This document shows positions 31,140 to 39,591 of a stretch of 64,000 nt of DNA, one piece after another. The notes below the pieces were generated by a model, which did not search any database, had not been told where the DNA came from, and saw only the letters and a program-made list of their open reading frames with translations. Within the stretch, counting starts at the first letter, position 1; each line of letters starts with the position of its first letter. The stretch is from sequence record NC_042128.1; one strand, 5' to 3'. Both the position numbers and the translations under genes were made by a program. This DNA is from Escherichia phage RCS47.

Positions 31140-32477
31140 GCCTTATCCAATGTGCCGCCCCCTACGCTCCTCATAGTGGGGATATAAGGCACAGTTTTCC
31201 TCCCGGCTATTTTTGCTTAAAATAGTGACATGAAACAACAGGTGTCATTCAAATTCCGGTTAAAACCAGATGGTCAACAGGAGCGTCAAATGAGGCGCTT
31301 TGCCGGAGCTTGTCGTTTCGTTTTCAACCGTGCTCTGGCGCTTCAGAATGAGAATCATGAGGCCGGTAAAAAATACATCCCTTACACGAAAATGGCTTCC
31401 TGGTTGGTTGAGTGGAAAAAAGACACTGAAACCGAATGGCTTAAAGATTCTCCCTCACAGCCATTGCAACAGTCACTGAAAGACCTTGAGCGGGCTTACA
31501 AAAACTTCTTCCAGAATCGGGCAGCTTTTCCCCGATTCAAAAAGCGGGGACAGAATGATGCATTCCGCTACCCGCAGGGTGTTAAGCTCGATCAGGAAAA
31601 CAGCCGTATTTTTCTGCCGAAACTTGGCTGGATGCGCTACCGGAATAGCCGTCAGGTCACGGGTATTGTGAAAAATGTTACTGTCAGCCAGTCCTGCGGT
31701 AAGTGGTACATCAGTATTCAGACAGAAAGAGAGGTATCCACTCCTGTTCACCCTTCAGCATCAATGGTCGGACTGGATGCTGGCGTGGCTAAACTCGCCA
31801 CGCTGTCAGATGGCACAGTCTTTGAACCTGTAAATAGTTTTCAGAAAAACCAGAAGAAGCTGGCGAGACTTCAGCGACAGTTAAGCCGCAAGGTCAAATT
31901 CAGCAACAACTGGCAGAAGCAGAAACGCAAAATACAGCGACTGCATTCCCGTATCGCAAATATCCGCAGGGACTACCTTCACAAAGTCACAACGACCGTC
32001 AGCAAAAACCACGCAATGATTGTCATTGAGGATTTGAAGGTTAAATACATGTCAAAGTCAGCGGCGGGAACGATAAGTCATCCGGGTCGCAATGTCCGGG
32101 CAAAATCAGGTTTAAACCGTTCGATACTGGATCAGGGCTGGTATGAAATGCGCCGCCAGCTTGAGTACAAGCAGCTCTGGCGTGGCGGTCAGGTGCTTGC
32201 TGTTCCGCCAGCGTACACAAGCCAGCGTTGCGCGTGCTGTGGTCATACAGCGAAAGAAAATCGCCTGTCACAAAGTAAATTCAGATGCCAGGTATGTGGA
32301 TATACAGCGAACGCCGATGTAAACGGCGCTCGTAACATTTTAGCGGCGGGGCACGCCGTACTTGCCTGTGGAGGGATGGTGCAGTCAGGCCGCCCGTTGA
32401 AGCAGGAACCCACCGAAATGATTCAGGCGACAGCCTGAACGTAGCAGGAATCCACGCCCTTCGGGGCGTGGAGGATG
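31140..32477 (+). mobile_element. TnpB-only IS200/IS605-family element (boundaries approximate)
   Basis: tnpB ORF plus 3' hairpin CCACGCCC-TTCG-GGGCGTGG at 32452-32471; fills the ddrA-ddrB junction. Confidence 0.6.
31230..32438 (+). CDS. tnpB: TnpB RNA-guided endonuclease family protein
   Basis: 402 aa; [36 protein letters not shown]..., RuvC-like motifs and CxxC...CxxC zinc finger. Confidence 0.85.
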   Translation: MKQQVSFKFRLKPDGQQERQMRRFAGACRFVFNRALALQNENHEAGKKYIPYTKMASWLVEWKKDTETEWLKDSPSQPLQQSLKDLERAYKNFFQNRAAFPRFKKRGQNDAFRYPQGVKLDQENSRIFLPKLGWMRYRNSRQVTGIVKNVTVSQSCGKWYISIQTEREVSTPVHPSASMVGLDAGVAKLATLSDGTVFEPVNSFQKNQKKLARLQRQLSRKVKFSNNWQKQKRKIQRLHSRIANIRRDYLHKVTTTVSKNHAMIVIEDLKVKYMSKSAAGTISHPGRNVRAKSGLNRSILDQGWYEMRRQLEYKQLWRGGQVLAVPPAYTSQRCACCGHTAKENRLSQSKFRCQVCGYTANADVNGARNILAAGHAVLACGGMVQSGRPLKQEPTEMIQATA

Positions 32478-32843
32478 TCACGCTGCCTCTTTAATGTTGG
32501 CGGCTATCCATGCCGCCGTGTGCTGTTTAACCTGGTCCAGGTCGATGTATGTGCCAACATATTGACTCAAGTCCTGTAACGTACCGATAAATGCATCAGT
32601 GCTCTGATCGACGAATTTATCAGCCAGGAAATCAGCAACCAGTTTTGGCACACCATCATGTACCGAAGGTTGTTTTTCCTCGCCACTACTGCCGCCGGAC
32701 GCGCCGTACCCCATCTGTTGCATGATCTGGTCAATTTCATCGCTGATATCCAGCAACTCCATGCCACTCGCGGTAGCCGCTTTGGACATCAGAGCATCCA
32801 ACTTATCGCTGAGGTCCATTAACTCAATAGCTGATAGTGTCAT
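32478..32843 (-). CDS. DdrA-like protein
   Basis: 121 aa, immediately downstream of darA. Confidence 0.5.
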   Translation of the reverse strand: MTLSAIELMDLSDKLDALMSKAATASGMELLDISDEIDQIMQQMGYGASGGSSGEEKQPSVHDGVPKLVADFLADKFVDQSTDAFIGTLQDLSQYVGTYIDLDQVKQHTAAWIAANIKEAA

Positions 32844-34759
32844 GCCGCTACCCCCGCTTTCTGGATTGCTACCAGCAGATCAGCCAGGTGGCGAGCAGCG
32901 CCATTAACCAGCTCTTCGTTTTCCTCAAAACGTCCGGCAGCCTGAAGGGCTGCAATCGCTTCCCGGACATTGCCCCGGGCGTTACGGATCTCCGCCATGT
33001 CAGTGCTTTGCATATCCATCACGTTATTGAGATATTCAATGGCTTTATTAGCCTCTGCATCTGCTTCGCTAACCGTTTCATCAGGCTGTGCCGGGGCCGG
33101 TTCTGGCTGAGTAATCTCACCGACTTCGGCCTGCAATGCATTGATCATGCTCTGCACCATTTTCTCGGTGCCAGCGCCCCCCGGAAACGCAATATTGGGG
33201 AAAGTTTTTTGAAACTGAGTCTTCAGCATTACTCGGAACTCGTCTGGTGAGCTGGTGGCCAGCTCCAGAGCTTTTTGTGCATATTTGCCAAACGGACCAT
33301 TAGTAAGTGTCTTCGCCAGGAAGTCGAAAGAATCCTCGCGAGGCAATAACTTCAGGTCGTACTCACTCATTTGCTGATCAGAAAGCGGGGTATCGTAAGT
33401 AGCAATGCCGTAGCGTGCATATTCATAATACGGGTCACCTTCATCAGGGCGCGGCAGAATTGCTTTGTTACCTTCAGGTATTGCGCCAGGGGCCGCCGGA
33501 CGCATTTGCAGGGCATATCGATATGCACCTACAGAGACTTCTGGTTCAGGCGAAGAGCTACCGGTATCCTCCGCTGGTTCAGGTTCGACGTTTTCCGGTT
33601 TATGTTCTTCTGGTTGGACCAGGTATTCCGATACATTACCCGCTTTATAGGCTTTAAACAGCTTGCCGATCGCATCTGCCATGTCCACACCCTGTATGGA
33701 TTTAGCCTTGATCATGTACACGCTGCCATCCGAATCGGTTAACTGGATATACCCTTCACCGTCCTCAATGAATTGCTTCATTGATGCACCATTACTGAGC
33801 GTCACTTCCCCGTTCATATGCATACGATTTTTGATACTTGCAAGGCGATCCGTCATCGCGCGAGAGTGTCCACCAGTCATCCCCGCAGGAGCAATGGTTT
33901 CGCGCCCACCAGTGCGATTGAGCTGATCAATCTCCGTCTGCAAACGCTCATTCTCTTCATAAAGAGAATCCGCTTCCGATGCAACAGCGTTAATTTTCTG
34001 CTCCAGATCTGCCTTCTGCCCTTCTACCGCTGCCACCTGATCCGCGAGGTCGCTCATGGCATCCTCTTTCTGGTCACTGTCAGCCTGTAGTTGGGTTATT
34101 TCATCAACAAGGGCTTTTTTCTTCTTCTGCGCACGCTGGAATTTTGCCGAGTTTTTCTCTGCAAGGTTGGCAAGTTTCATGGTGACCTGCGCCAGCGTCA
34201 TATCACGTCCACTCATCGGAGCAACGGTGTGAGTAACGTCTTTTTTATTCAGTAAGAACTGGAAAGCAACCAGCGTATCGCTATTGGTGATCCGGTTTTC
34301 CGCTGTCGGGCTATGAAACAGAATGCTGATAGTCTGACCATCACTGAGCGGAATAATGGCAGGCAGGACTGGCAGCCCGTTAACGTTACGTGCCCGGCCA
34401 ATTTCAGCGCCGCCGATCGCGCGCGCGCCGCTCTGGGCCACATCCCCCGTTTTATCACTCCCCGCAGAGATTCCGGTACCATTCAGCTTCTGGTTCAATG
34501 CCCGGACAAATGCCTGCATGGTCCGGTGTAACTGCAAACGAGTAGAACTAATCGCCTCCAGTAAATCCGTAGCACACCAGTGGATCGGCGTGTCATAGAA
34601 GAACGTAGCCTCGATTTCCTCCAGGGTGTTGGATTCCGTCATCAGATAGCGGCCCTCACCGGCCATTAATGCGCGATATTCATCATCAGTCACTGGCGGG
34701 GGAAGCACGTCAAGCCCAGGTTTGATCGTCACCCCTTTATTGATATTGAACTGTTCCAT
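32840..34759 (-). CDS. darA: DarA-like antirestriction / capsid internal protein
   Basis: 639 aa, size and position match P1 DarA; coiled-coil middle region. Confidence 0.6.
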   Translation of the reverse strand: MEQFNINKGVTIKPGLDVLPPPVTDDEYRALMAGEGRYLMTESNTLEEIEATFFYDTPIHWCATDLLEAISSTRLQLHRTMQAFVRALNQKLNGTGISAGSDKTGDVAQSGARAIGGAEIGRARNVNGLPVLPAIIPLSDGQTISILFHSPTAENRITNSDTLVAFQFLLNKKDVTHTVAPMSGRDMTLAQVTMKLANLAEKNSAKFQRAQKKKKALVDEITQLQADSDQKEDAMSDLADQVAAVEGQKADLEQKINAVASEADSLYEENERLQTEIDQLNRTGGRETIAPAGMTGGHSRAMTDRLASIKNRMHMNGEVTLSNGASMKQFIEDGEGYIQLTDSDGSVYMIKAKSIQGVDMADAIGKLFKAYKAGNVSEYLVQPEEHKPENVEPEPAEDTGSSSPEPEVSVGAYRYALQMRPAAPGAIPEGNKAILPRPDEGDPYYEYARYGIATYDTPLSDQQMSEYDLKLLPREDSFDFLAKTLTNGPFGKYAQKALELATSSPDEFRVMLKTQFQKTFPNIAFPGGAGTEKMVQSMINALQAEVGEITQPEPAPAQPDETVSEADAEANKAIEYLNNVMDMQSTDMAEIRNARGNVREAIAALQAAGRFEENEELVNGAARHLADLLVAIQKAGVAA

Positions 34760-34760
34760 G

Positions 34761-35372
34761 TTAATTTCCTGCTTTCAGTTGCTTAAGACGGCGTTTGAGT
34801 TCGCCATTTCGGGCCTTTTCGTTATTGAGTCGGCCTGTCTCCTTATCCAGCTTCGCCCGCAAATCAGTGATCTGCTGTTGATTGAAAGACACCGAGTTCT
34901 GCGCTGATTTATAAGCGGCAACCACCTGAGCATTCCGCTGTTTTGCCTCTTGCAGGCGCTGAAAGTTGGATTTTACTGCCGGTTTCTTGTCTACCGGATT
35001 GGCAACACGTTTCGCTTTGGCGATCAGTGATTTCTGGAATTTTGCGGAGTTTTTGCGGGCCGCTTGCCCCATGACGGTACCAAGCGTCTTGATATCCGGC
35101 GACTGAGCGTTAGGAATAGCTTTTCCATTCAGCCTCACAGACGATATATCGCCAGTATCGTTTACCTGTATGGCAAGAATTTGTCCGTCGTTAAGAACCA
35201 GCTTTGCGGTTTTAACTTTAACGCCATCTTTCGTTGTTGCGCGGTTGCTGGAGTCAACCTCAATTACCGTAACACCGGTTTTATTGATCGCCGCGATAAG
35301 GGATTTCAGCCCCTTTTCATTAACCTGGTCAAAATCGACCGTTGCATACTTATTTCTCGTCATCTGACACAT
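34761..35372 (-). CDS. Hdf-like protein
   Basis: 203 aa immediately upstream of darA. Confidence 0.45.
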   Translation of the reverse strand: MCQMTRNKYATVDFDQVNEKGLKSLIAAINKTGVTVIEVDSSNRATTKDGVKVKTAKLVLNDGQILAIQVNDTGDISSVRLNGKAIPNAQSPDIKTLGTVMGQAARKNSAKFQKSLIAKAKRVANPVDKKPAVKSNFQRLQEAKQRNAQVVAAYKSAQNSVSFNQQQITDLRAKLDKETGRLNNEKARNGELKRRLKQLKAGN

Positions 35373-35793
35373 CCTGTGCGAGATTTATTACGTAACTTCT
35401 GCGGATTTGCTGAGTAACAGGGAAAATCCGATACAACGGGTTAATGAACGAGTCGCCATGCGTAACCATGACGTTGAAATGCCACAGCCGTTCTCCTTTA
35501 CCCATATATTCAGTGGGTATGTACAACCATTCACTGTTTTCGCCCTGTTCAGCCGACGTCAGACAACGTTGTTCGCCTTCAATCACTGTCGTTGGCTTCT
35601 GAACATCGCGGATCCAATATCTGACCGTTGCGCCGCGCAAAAACGGGAATTTAGACCGGTATTTGAACGGCACCCGGATGAAACCCGGTTTAATTTCCAC
35701 ATCACCAAGTTCTAAATGCGTGATGTCCTTGCGTTTTAGCAAATAGCGATCGGCTAAGGCTAACGCAAGAACGCATACACCCCAGCCAATCAT
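35350..35793 (-). CDS. LydB-like antiholin
   Basis: 147 aa, overlaps upstream holin gene. Confidence 0.45.
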   Translation of the reverse strand: MIGWGVCVLALALADRYLLKRKDITHLELGDVEIKPGFIRVPFKYRSKFPFLRGATVRYWIRDVQKPTTVIEGEQRCLTSAEQGENSEWLYIPTEYMGKGERLWHFNVMVTHGDSFINPLYRIFPVTQQIRRSYVINLAQDVSDDEK

Positions 35794-36119
35794 TTCCCGC
35801 CTCCCTTTTTCACCAAACTTGTAAGAACATTCAGAATGCTATCGATATTCACTCGTTTCATCCCTGAAATCACCTCATGACCGTTATTGCTGGCTATCGT
35901 TACCATTAAGTACGTAATTGATAACTCCCAGCCCTCGTGTTGCCCCAATAGGTACGCCACCGCGCCAGCTGTCACTGCAACAAAGATCTCCGTAACCAAT
36001 CCCAACAAATTGCCAGACTGGCGACCGTCTCGGACATCCATCAGGAACGTGCCTATCCCACCAATTACTGAAAGCAGGAGCGCAATAGCAACTGGAGCTA
36101 ATTCCTGTGTGTCAAGCAC
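35790..36119 (-). CDS. LydA-like holin
   Basis: 109 aa with three hydrophobic segments and Lys-rich C-terminus. Confidence 0.55.
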   Translation of the reverse strand: MLDTQELAPVAIALLLSVIGGIGTFLMDVRDGRQSGNLLGLVTEIFVAVTAGAVAYLLGQHEGWELSITYLMVTIASNNGHEVISGMKRVNIDSILNVLTSLVKKGGGK

Positions 36120-36179
36120 AAGTTCCCTCCTACGTTGTCAGGAGGTAATGGTATGCAAAGTAACTTCTCATCTGGTTGT

Positions 36180-36464
36180 TCATAATTTGCCAATACATTC
36201 GTAAATCAAGTGAAAAACCCATATTTTGGTTATTCTTAATACAAAATGGCTATTCCAACTACATATCAAAAAAGCAACCACATCCAAAAATGAGTTTCCC
36301 CACTGAACTTCTGCAAGACAAAAACCAACAAAACCACCTTTTATGGCAAGCAGCCATGCTTCAAGCCAATGTAAAAAACATGGCTTATAAGCTCCACGCC
36401 TAACTCCAGTAAGAAATAAATAGGTTCCACTAATAATGGACATTAAAAAAATCAAAATCTGCAT
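36180..36464 (-). CDS. small membrane protein
   Basis: 94 aa, ATG preceded by GGGAGGAG, three hydrophobic segments; AT-rich. Confidence 0.4.
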   Translation of the reverse strand: MQILIFLMSIISGTYLFLTGVRRGAYKPCFLHWLEAWLLAIKGGFVGFCLAEVQWGNSFLDVVAFLICSWNSHFVLRITKIWVFHLIYECIGKL

Positions 36465-36585
36465 AAGCTCCTCCCGGATCTAACAAAAATCAAGCAGGAA
36501 CCTATTCAGATTGTTATTTCTGTGCATAACGCTTTGTTCTTTAAAATTCGCAGACTCATAAGAACAACGCATTAGAGTAAAAATC

Positions 36586-37147
36586 ATGCTGATCGGCTAT
36601 GTACGCGTATCAACAAATGAACAAAACACTGCTTTGCAACGAAATGCCCTTGAAAGCGCAGGATGTGAGCTAATTTTTGAGGATAAGGCGAGCGGCAAAC
36701 AGACTGAACGCCCTGGGCTAAAAAAGGTTTTGCGTATGCTTTCCAGAGGTGACACCCTGGTCGTATGGAAGTTAGATCGTCTTGGGCGCAGCATGCGTCA
36801 CTTGGTTGTGCTGGTGGAAGAGCTGCGTGACAGAGGAATTAATTTCCGGAGTCTCACTGACTCTATCGACACCAGTACACCAATGGGGCGCTTTTTCTTT
36901 CACGTAATGGGGGCGCTGGCAGAAATGGAACGTGAGCTTATCGTTGAACGTACACGCGCTGGACGTGATGCAGCTCGCGCAGAAGGTCGTAATAGGTGGG
37001 CGTCGGCCTAAATACCAAGAAGAAACATGGCAGCAAATGCGGCGATTGCTGGAGAATGGCATCCCCCGTAAGCAGGTTGCAATCATCTATGATGTGGCTG
37101 TTTCCACGCTTTATAAGAAGTTTCCGGCGTCGTCATTTCAATCCTAA
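36586..37147 (+). pseudogene. cin: cin DNA invertase with +1 frameshift
   Basis: N-terminal 135 aa of a serine invertase then frame breaks at 36991; C-terminal ...GGRRPKYQEETW...IYDVAVSTLYKK... continues in the +1 frame to 37147. Confidence 0.8.
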
Positions 37148-37164
37148 ACCTTGGTTTAAGAGAA
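37139..37164. other. cixL invertase crossover site
   Basis: CAATCCTAAACC-TT-GGTTTAAGAGAA, hix/gix-like 26-bp site overlapping cin stop. Confidence 0.6.
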
Positions 37165-37194
37165 CTCGGTACCAGCGGTGAAAAGATCCCCCTG

Positions 37195-38496
37195 TTGAGC
37201 ACGGCTAACACATGGAGTGCGCGCCAGACTTTCAACGGAGGGATCACCGGGGCACTGACAGGGAACGCCGACACCGCGACGAAATTGAAAACAGCACGCA
37301 CTATTGGCGGTGTGGCATTTGATGGTACTGCGAATATTAATTTACCTGGTGTTAACGTTGCGGGTAATCAGAATACATCCGGTAACGCGGCTACAGCGAC
37401 CAAGTTGCAGACAGCATGTACTATCAACGGCGTCTCGTTTGATGGTTCTAAAAATATTGAGCTAACGGCGGAAGATTTAAATCTACAGGAATTTATTAAT
37501 AAAGCAAATAATGCCGTTCAGCGTTCAGGCGATATCTTGTCCGGCGGACTTACTTTTGAAAACGGCTCAATCCTTGCCTGGATTCGAAATACTGACTGGG
37601 CAAAGATTGGATTTAAAAATGATGCCGACAGCGACACAGATTCATACATGTGGTTTGAAACAGGCGACAACGGCAATGAATATTTCAAATGGAGAAGCAA
37701 ACAAAGCACCACAACAAAAGACCTGATGAATCTTAAATGGGATGCTTTGTCTGTTCTTGTTAAAGCCCTTTTCAGCAGTGAAGTAAAAATATCGACAGTC
37801 AATGCACTGAGGATATTTAATTCATCTTTTGGTGCCATTTTTCGCCGTTCTGAAGAATGCCTGCATATCATCCCTACACGAGAGAATGAGGGGGAAAATG
37901 GTGATATAGGGCCACTACGTCCCTTTACGCTTAATCTCAGAACTGGCCGCATAACTATGGGGCATGGTCTGGATGTTACAGGAGATATAACAACTAACGC
38001 CTGGGTGTATGCAAACAGGTTTGCTATTAATAGTGGCTCAACCTCATGGATTGATATGCGAAACCAGAATGTCATTTTTGGTAGAAACGCAGTATCAACA
38101 AGTTCTGCGCAGGCTTTGTTAAGACAAGACCATGCAGAACGCAAATTTTTTGTCGGTGGACTTGGTAACTACCAGTTTGGTTTTTACATGATTAATAACT
38201 CAAGGACAGCCAATGGCACCGATGGTCAGGCGTACATGGATAATAACGGTAACTGGCTTTGTGGCTCGCAAGTTATTCCTGGCAACTATGGCAATTTTGA
38301 TTCCAGATATGTGAGAGATGTTCGCCTGGGTACGCGAGTTGTTCAATTGATGGCGCGTGGTGGTCGTTATGAAAAAGCCGGACACGTAATTACCGGATTA
38401 AGAATCATTGGTGAAGTAGATGGCGATGATGAAGCCATCTTCAGGCCAATACAAAAATACATCAATGGCACATGGTATAACGTCGCACAGGTGTAA
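37195..38496 (+). CDS. Sv' alternative tail-fibre C-terminal segment (silent in this orientation)
   Basis: shares the STANTWSARQTFNGGITGALTGNADTATKLKTA segment with S across the inverted repeat. Confidence 0.6.
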   Translation: MSTANTWSARQTFNGGITGALTGNADTATKLKTARTIGGVAFDGTANINLPGVNVAGNQNTSGNAATATKLQTACTINGVSFDGSKNIELTAEDLNLQEFINKANNAVQRSGDILSGGLTFENGSILAWIRNTDWAKIGFKNDADSDTDSYMWFETGDNGNEYFKWRSKQSTTTKDLMNLKWDALSVLVKALFSSEVKISTVNALRIFNSSFGAIFRRSEECLHIIPTRENEGENGDIGPLRPFTLNLRTGRITMGHGLDVTGDITTNAWVYANRFAINSGSTSWIDMRNQNVIFGRNAVSTSSAQALLRQDHAERKFFVGGLGNYQFGFYMINNSRTANGTDGQAYMDNNGNWLCGSQVIPGNYGNFDSRYVRDVRLGTRVVQLMARGGRYEKAGHVITGLRIIGEVDGDDEAIFRPIQKYINGTWYNVAQV

Positions 38497-39027
38497 ATGA
38501 TGCAGCATTTAAAAAATATTAAGTCTGGAAATCCTAAAACGAAAGAACAATATCAGCTAACAAAGAATTTTGATGTTATCTGGTTATGGTCCGAAGACGA
38601 TAAAAACTGGTATGAGGAAGTGAAAAACTTTCAGCCAGACACAATAAAGATTGTTTACGATGCAAATAATATTATTGTCGCCATCACTAAAGATGCCTCC
38701 ACGCTTAACCCTGAAGGTTTTAGCGTCGTTGAGGTTCCTGATATTACAGCCAACCGCCGCGCTGATGATTCAGGAAAGTGGATGTTTAAGGATGGAGCTG
38801 TAGTTAAACGGATTTATACGGCAGACGAACAGCAACAACAGGCCGAATCACAAAAGGCCGCATTGCTTTCCGAAGCTGAATCAGTCATCCAGCCGCTGGA
38901 ACGCGCTGTCAGGCTGAATATGGCAACAGACGAGGAACGCACACGACTGGAAGCATGGGAACGCTACAGTGTTCTGGTCAGCCGTGTGGATACGGCAAAT
39001 CCTGAATGGCCACAAAAGCCTGAATAA
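38497..39027 (+). CDS. U' alternative tail-fibre assembly chaperone
   Basis: 176 aa, paralogous to U ([23 protein letters not shown]...). Confidence 0.65.
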   Translation: MMQHLKNIKSGNPKTKEQYQLTKNFDVIWLWSEDDKNWYEEVKNFQPDTIKIVYDANNIIVAITKDASTLNPEGFSVVEVPDITANRRADDSGKWMFKDGAVVKRIYTADEQQQQAESQKAALLSEAESVIQPLERAVRLNMATDEERTRLEAWERYSVLVSRVDTANPEWPQKPE

Positions 39028-39032
39028 AAATT

Positions 39033-39052
39033 AAGGCCCGCTATCGGGCCTT
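39033..39052. terminator. bidirectional hairpin between convergent U' and U
   Basis: AAGGCCCG-CTAT-CGGGCCTT. Confidence 0.55.
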
Positions 39053-39055
39053 GTC

Positions 39056-39589
39056 TCATTCAGGTTGTTCGGGAAATGTTACTGGCAGGCTGGAGGTGTC
39101 TGTAGATTCGACTTTCTGCGCATAGAGCATCCACTCAGTTAATTTTTGTTTATTCTCGTCGGAAATGATGCCCAGCCGTAGCTGTGAGTCCCATAGCTGG
39201 GTTTTATCCCTGACAAGTTGCAACAGGCTTTGTTTTTCATTCTCTGCCTGCTGCCTTTGTTCCTCCTCGGTATAAGTTCGCTTTATCACTACGCCATCTT
39301 TGAACATCCATTTACCCGAAATATCAGCCCGGCGATTTGCTGTAATATCAGGAACCTCAACGACGCTTGCGCCTTCTGGATTAATTGCTGAAACATCCTT
39401 TTCAATACAAATAATAACGTCGTTGTGGTCATAGACCATTTTCAACGTATCAGGCTGAAAGTTCTTTTGTTCCTCATACCAGTTTTTCCCATCCTCTGTA
39501 TAAAGCCATTTGATGTTAAATTGTTTCGTTAGCTGGTATTGCTCTTTTGTTTTAGGGTTGCCAGCAGTAATGTTTTTTAAGTGCATCAT
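39056..39589 (-). CDS. U tail-fibre assembly chaperone
   Basis: 177 aa [22 protein letters not shown]... Confidence 0.7.
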   Translation of the reverse strand: MMHLKNITAGNPKTKEQYQLTKQFNIKWLYTEDGKNWYEEQKNFQPDTLKMVYDHNDVIICIEKDVSAINPEGASVVEVPDITANRRADISGKWMFKDGVVIKRTYTEEEQRQQAENEKQSLLQLVRDKTQLWDSQLRLGIISDENKQKLTEWMLYAQKVESTDTSSLPVTFPEQPE

Positions 39590-39591
39590 CG

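Noticed and set aside
37083-37301. 72-aa minus-strand ORF and its mirror at 40874-41257
   Set aside because: Both are products of the inverted repeat flanking the C segment and overlap cin or S.
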